From positions 1,710,001-1,742,000 of the forward strand of contig NC_017039.1 of the NCBI RefSeq assembly GCF_000284455.1: 32,000 nucleotides of DNA. Reading direction: 5' to 3'. The notes under the pieces were generated by a model, which did not search any database, was not told where the DNA came from, and was given only the letters and a program-made list of their open reading frames with translations. Both the position numbers and the translations under genes were made by a program. Positions within the stretch are counted from its first letter, which is position 1. Every line of letters starts with the position of its first letter. The DNA comes from Synechocystis sp. PCC 6803 substr. PCC-P. GTDB taxonomy: Bacteria; Cyanobacteriota; Cyanobacteriia; Cyanobacteriales; Microcystaceae. Of this stretch, positions 28,158 through 32,000 are shown piece after piece.

Positions 28158-29048
28158 TCAGTCAAAAACCGGTTCCATCGCAGTTTGCCTAGCCGCCTGG
28201 AGTAAAGCTTGGTAACTGGGCAGGGGCTGGAGGTCAACAAAAGCTGGTTCCCCTTCAATCAAACTTAGGTAGGTGCCTGGATACCATTCCAACACCTTTC
28301 CCAGGGCATAAACTGCATCTGAGTAATTTTTTTGTAGTACTTGGCAAAGGGCAATTTCATACCAGCTATAGTCGTCATCCACTTCCACATCCAACGCCCT
28401 GTGGTAGCAGGCGATCGCCCTTCCATAACGGTAGATTTGTTGCCATAGTTCCCCTTGTCGAAACCAGGCCCAGTAATCATTGGGACGGATTTCCAGGGAT
28501 TTTTTATAGCATTGCAAAGCTTCAGCGTAATGGCCCCAACGGCGAAAACAGTCCGCCTGGCGGTACCAAGACCAAAAATCGTCCTGGCGAATGGTTAACG
28601 TCTGCCGAAAACTGGCGATCGCCGCTTCGTACTGGCCAGAGAGTCGGTAAGATTCCCCCAGACGATAGGTGGCCCAATAATCTTTAGGTAAATAATCTAA
28701 AGCCCGTTGAAAACAAGGGATAGCCTGGGCAAAATCATCAATTTCATTGAGGTACACACAACCCTGGTCGTACCAAGCCCAGTAGTTTTCCGGTTGGATT
28801 TGGCAGGCGTTGTCATAACTTTCTGCCGCATCTCTGTAACGCCCCAAATGCTCCAGGGTAATGCCCCTTTTGTACCAAGCCCAATAATCCCCAGGATAAT
28901 ACTCCAAAGCCCGTTCATAACTGAGGAGGGCATCATTGTATTTCCCCTGTTGCCAGAGGGTATTGCCCTGTTGGTACCAGCCTTTGTAACTATCAGGGCG
29001 GCACTCTAGGGGATTAAAAACAGTACTGCGGGATGGGTGGGAGGGCAT
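28158..29048 (-). CDS. Tetratricopeptide repeat protein
   Basis: Seven or so tandem 34-aa units of the form NYWAWYxxGxxLxxxxxYxxAxxxYxxALxxxP. Confidence 0.9.
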   Translation of the reverse strand: MPSHPSRSTVFNPLECRPDSYKGWYQQGNTLWQQGKYNDALLSYERALEYYPGDYWAWYKRGITLEHLGRYRDAAESYDNACQIQPENYWAWYDQGCVYLNEIDDFAQAIPCFQRALDYLPKDYWATYRLGESYRLSGQYEAAIASFRQTLTIRQDDFWSWYRQADCFRRWGHYAEALQCYKKSLEIRPNDYWAWFRQGELWQQIYRYGRAIACYHRALDVEVDDDYSWYEIALCQVLQKNYSDAVYALGKVLEWYPGTYLSLIEGEPAFVDLQPLPSYQALLQAARQTAMEPVFD

Positions 29049-29215
29049 GGGAACACGACCAGGGAAAATGGCAACCGTACACCAGTGGGAAAAAACGTCG
29101 GGCTGGCGGCCAACTGAAGAGACTTACCGCCATGTTTAATTCACATACCAGAATTGTACAAACTCCTGGGGCGATCGCCGGATTTATCCATCTTCCTTGT
29201 CAAGATTAGATCACA

Positions 29216-29778
29216 TTACTTAATTAGCCAGCCAAATACTTCTCCCAAATTTAAATCAATGGCCTGGGCAAAGCTTGGCATCAGTAACTTTGACTCCGTT
29301 TCGTCGAAAATTTCTGGCGATCGGCCGGGTTGATAAACAAAGATAGATTGCTCTTTCGGATTAATCAACCAACCCATTTTAGTGCCATTATTCAAGCAAA
29401 ATAAAATATTTTTTACTATTTTTTTTGACTTTGCTCAGGAGACAATATTTCAATCATCCAATTAGGCGGGAGGTAAAAGTTGTCGGCAATTTCTCCATCT
29501 TGATCACAGGGAATATTTTCCCAAGTAAAAACCGCAATATCAGGAACAATAGACCGATTTTCAAAACTGCAACGCAACTCTGTGAATGCCCAAGCAATTT
29601 TTTCCTTTTTCAAGGCCATGTTAATGGCAAATGACAATGCAGTTTGTAAAGTACTGTGTTTTCCTTTTGGCATAGGTTTGGCACTAACTTGCCCATCTCG
29701 ATACTCTAGGGGCGGCTTCTCTTCCGGTAAGGCTAGAAACTCAGTCAGGGTTAGGTTTGTGTTTCCTACTTTCAGCAT
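29216..29778 (-). pseudogene. Uma2/PD-(D/E)XK-like (DUF820) family protein, frame-broken at an A8 run
   Basis: ORF 29416..29802 (start probably MLKVGNTNLTLTEFL at 29778) has YRDGQVSAKPMPKGKHS...SIVPDIAVFTW...PPNWMIEILSPEQSQKK*. Adding one A continues ...IVKNILFCLNNGTKMGWLINPKEQSIFVYQPGRSPEIFDETESKLLMPSFAQAIDLNLGEVFGWLIK*, a typical C-terminus for this family, ending at 29216. Confidence 0.82.
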
Positions 29779-29861
29779 TTTAGATTCGCCTCGACACTCC
29801 ACCTATTTGCCGTTGAAACCCATTCTAACCCTTTTATTAAGTGCTCAAAAACTAGCCAGAA

Positions 29862-31403
29862 TTACCCCTTATTGTATTTTTTATAAAGTTCAATAATAGT
29901 CTCCACCACCTCGGCAATGGTGAGGTTATCGGTAATAATTTCCACTGCATCCACTGCCTTCTGCAAAGGAGCGATCGCCCTAGTGCTATCAAGATGATCC
30001 CGGTGGGCAATGTCCGCTTCCAATTGGGCTAAATCCACTGCTTGATTACCCTGAGCTTCAAAATCCTTGAGGCGACGGCGGGCTCGTTCCTGAACTGAAG
30101 CGGTGAGGAAAATTTTCAATTCCGCGTTGGGAAAAACCTGGGTGCCAATGTCCCGACCTTCCGCCACAATTCCTCCTTGGTCGCCATACTTCCTTTGTAG
30201 TTTTAGTAACTTGGCTCGAACGGCTCCCTGGGCAGCAATGGTGGAAACCAATTGGGTCACCGCCGGGGTGCGAATGGCATCACTGACATCTTGCCCATTA
30301 ACTTTAACTCCGGTCAATTGGGGGGCAGGACGGGGCATTAGTTCAATCTCCGCACCACTGGTAAGTTCCGCCACCGCTGGTTCATCCTCGGGAGCAATGC
30401 CCTGGTCTAAAATCAGCCAAGCCAAAGCTCGATACATGGCTCCGGTGTCTAAATAGGTCAGACCCAGGCCATCAGCCACCTGTCTGGTAACAGTGGATTT
30501 TCCGGCTCCGGCGGGGCCATCAATGGCAATAATAGGCAGTCGATGATTAAGCACAAGATTATCAATTAAGCGGGTACTACCCACATAGGCGGCGATCGCC
30601 ATTAAAACAGGATTTTGGTCCGGTAATGTTCCAGTGATGGGTTGCAGGGTGTCAGCTTCCACCAATTGCAAATATTGCACCTGGACAGACGGTTCCGCGT
30701 CCAAAACGTCCTGGGTGGCGGTCAACAAAGCAGAAACTTGGCGATCGCCTTGACGATATCGCTGTTGGGCGGCTTGCAAACTGCGGTATAGCACCGTAGC
30801 CTGTTCCTTTTCTATCGGGCTTAAATATTGATTGCGGGAACTCATGGCCAAACCCGATTCCTCGCGCACTGTGGCACAACTGCGGATAGTCACAGTTAAG
30901 TTCAAGTCCTGCACTAGGCGACGAATAATAGCCAATTGTTGGGCATCTTTGGCACCGAAATAAGCCACATCGGGACAAACAATGGTGAACAATTTAGTGA
31001 CGATAGTAGCTACCCCCTGGAAATGGCCGGGACGATGGGCACCGCAGAGAACTTCCGTCATGGCTGGAGGAGGCAGTACCGTAGTTTGATCTCCTTTGGC
31101 ATCAATGCCCAAATCCGTCACCGTCGGGGCAAAAATTACCGCCACCCCCAAAGATTCTGCCCATTGGCGATCGCCGTCGAAGTCCCGGGGATATTTTTCC
31201 AAATCTTCACCGGGGCCAAATTGCAGGGGATTAACGAAAATAGATAACACGACTAAATCCATTTCCGCCACCGCCCGTTTGAGCAGACTGCCATGGCCGG
31301 CGTGGAGAGATCCCATGGTAGGAACTAAGCCCACGGTTTTGCCCCGACCAGCTTGGCGGAGATAGGTTTGTAACCCTGCGATTGTGCGAAAAACCTGCAC
31401 CAT
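29862..31403 (-). CDS. panC-cmk: Bifunctional pantoate--beta-alanine ligase / cytidylate kinase
   Basis: PanC part: VGLVPTMGSLHAGHGSL, VNPLQFGPGEDLEKYPR, ESGLAMSSRNQYLS. Cmk part: IIAIDGPAGAGKSTVTRQVADGLGLTYLDTGAMYRA, VAEGRDIGTQVFPNAELKIFLTAS. Confidence 0.96.
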   Translation of the reverse strand: MVQVFRTIAGLQTYLRQAGRGKTVGLVPTMGSLHAGHGSLLKRAVAEMDLVVLSIFVNPLQFGPGEDLEKYPRDFDGDRQWAESLGVAVIFAPTVTDLGIDAKGDQTTVLPPPAMTEVLCGAHRPGHFQGVATIVTKLFTIVCPDVAYFGAKDAQQLAIIRRLVQDLNLTVTIRSCATVREESGLAMSSRNQYLSPIEKEQATVLYRSLQAAQQRYRQGDRQVSALLTATQDVLDAEPSVQVQYLQLVEADTLQPITGTLPDQNPVLMAIAAYVGSTRLIDNLVLNHRLPIIAIDGPAGAGKSTVTRQVADGLGLTYLDTGAMYRALAWLILDQGIAPEDEPAVAELTSGAEIELMPRPAPQLTGVKVNGQDVSDAIRTPAVTQLVSTIAAQGAVRAKLLKLQRKYGDQGGIVAEGRDIGTQVFPNAELKIFLTASVQERARRRLKDFEAQGNQAVDLAQLEADIAHRDHLDSTRAIAPLQKAVDAVEIITDNLTIAEVVETIIELYKKYNKG

Positions 31404-31572
31404 TACTTCTTTGTTATTCTTTGGATTGTGTGCAAACGATGGAGGTCATTAAAACCTTTCCATGGCCGAAGTTTCATTGATATCCCAGACAAATTGCCCC
31501 GCTGTCCTAGACCCCCCGCCGCAAGTCTTCAATGATACAATGGAAGGCTGGAATTCCATCAACGGCGATCGT

Positions 31573-32000
31573 ATGCAAAGACTCATCGAGGGACTACAAA
31601 AATTTCGAGAAGGTTATTTCTCTTCCCACCGTGACCTCTTTGAGCAACTTTCTCACGGCCAACATCCCCGCATTCTCTTCATCTGTTGTTCCGATTCCCG
31701 GGTGGACCCCAATTTAATCACCCAATCGGAAGTGGGCGACCTGTTTGTTATTCGCAACGCTGGCAATATTATTCCCCCCTATGGAGCAGCCAACGGTGGG
31801 GAAGGGGCAGCCATGGAATATGCCCTAGTGGCGCTGGAAATTAATCAGATCATCGTCTGTGGCCATTCCCACTGCGGAGCCATGAAAGGTCTGCTCAAAC
31901 TCAACTCTCTCCAGGAAAAACTTCCTCTGGTGTACGATTGGCTCAAACATACGGAAGCCACCCGCCGTCTAGTTCTAGACAATTACAGCCATCTGGAAGG
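31573..32000 (+). CDS. ccaA (icfA): Beta-class carbonic anhydrase, 5' part, truncated by window end
   Basis: ATG at 31573: MQRLIEGLQKFREGYFSSHRDLFEQLSHGQHPRILFICCSDSRVDPNLITQSEVGDLFVIRNAGNIIPPYG...IIVCGHSHCGAMKGLL; CSDSR and HSHCG zinc-site motifs. Open through 32000. Confidence 0.95.
   Translation, partial: MQRLIEGLQKFREGYFSSHRDLFEQLSHGQHPRILFICCSDSRVDPNLITQSEVGDLFVIRNAGNIIPPYGAANGGEGAAMEYALVALEINQIIVCGHSHCGAMKGLLKLNSLQEKLPLVYDWLKHTEATRRLVLDNYSHLE

Noticed and set aside
28158-29048. Repeated nucleotide pattern considered as a possible repeat array
   Set aside because: The periodicity of about 102 bp is explained by tandem 34-aa TPR units in a coding frame, not a CRISPR or noncoding array. 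No CRISPR array was seen anywhere in the window.
30103-31365. Plus-strand ORFs 30103..30456, 30936..31247 and 31096..31365
   Set aside because: All antisense to the panC-cmk fusion gene, which has clear motifs throughout.

Overview
This 32 kb window has the gene content and order I associate with Synechocystis sp. PCC 6803; that recognition is from memory, not a database search. It is mostly ordinary chromosomal housekeeping sequence: rpe, a P-type Ca2+/cation ATPase, ycf3, psb34-like, a CDF transporter, ndhN, rpsB-tsf, a CAU-anticodon tRNA, a CAX-type exchanger, dcd, a CBS/hemolysin-like protein, a DUF1537-family kinase, an FeS-type photolyase/cryptochrome-like protein, a DHH-CBS-tRNA nucleotidyltransferase fusion, an S4-domain protein, an MlaE-type permease, a TPR protein, a panC-cmk fusion, and the 5' part of a beta-carbonic anhydrase gene. 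One accessory island (about 14.4-19.1 kb) carries an ISY100-like IS630/Tc1-mariner element, an IS4-family element, a VWA-domain protein, an uncharacterised small protein, a GNAT acetyltransferase and a disrupted ORF missing from the supplied ORF track. A second decayed IS630-type transposase lies at the left edge. I found no convincing large undescribed defence or biosynthetic system. The best second-look items are: two genes whose frames break exactly at A8 homopolymers (an IS transposase and a Uma2-family protein), a palindromic repeat apparently inserted in frame in the DHH-CBS-nucleotidyltransferase gene, the hidden disrupted ORF at 17460-17897, the VWA/unknown/GNAT cluster, a structured GC-rich noncoding block at about 880-1000, and recently homogenised tandem DUF29 paralogues.
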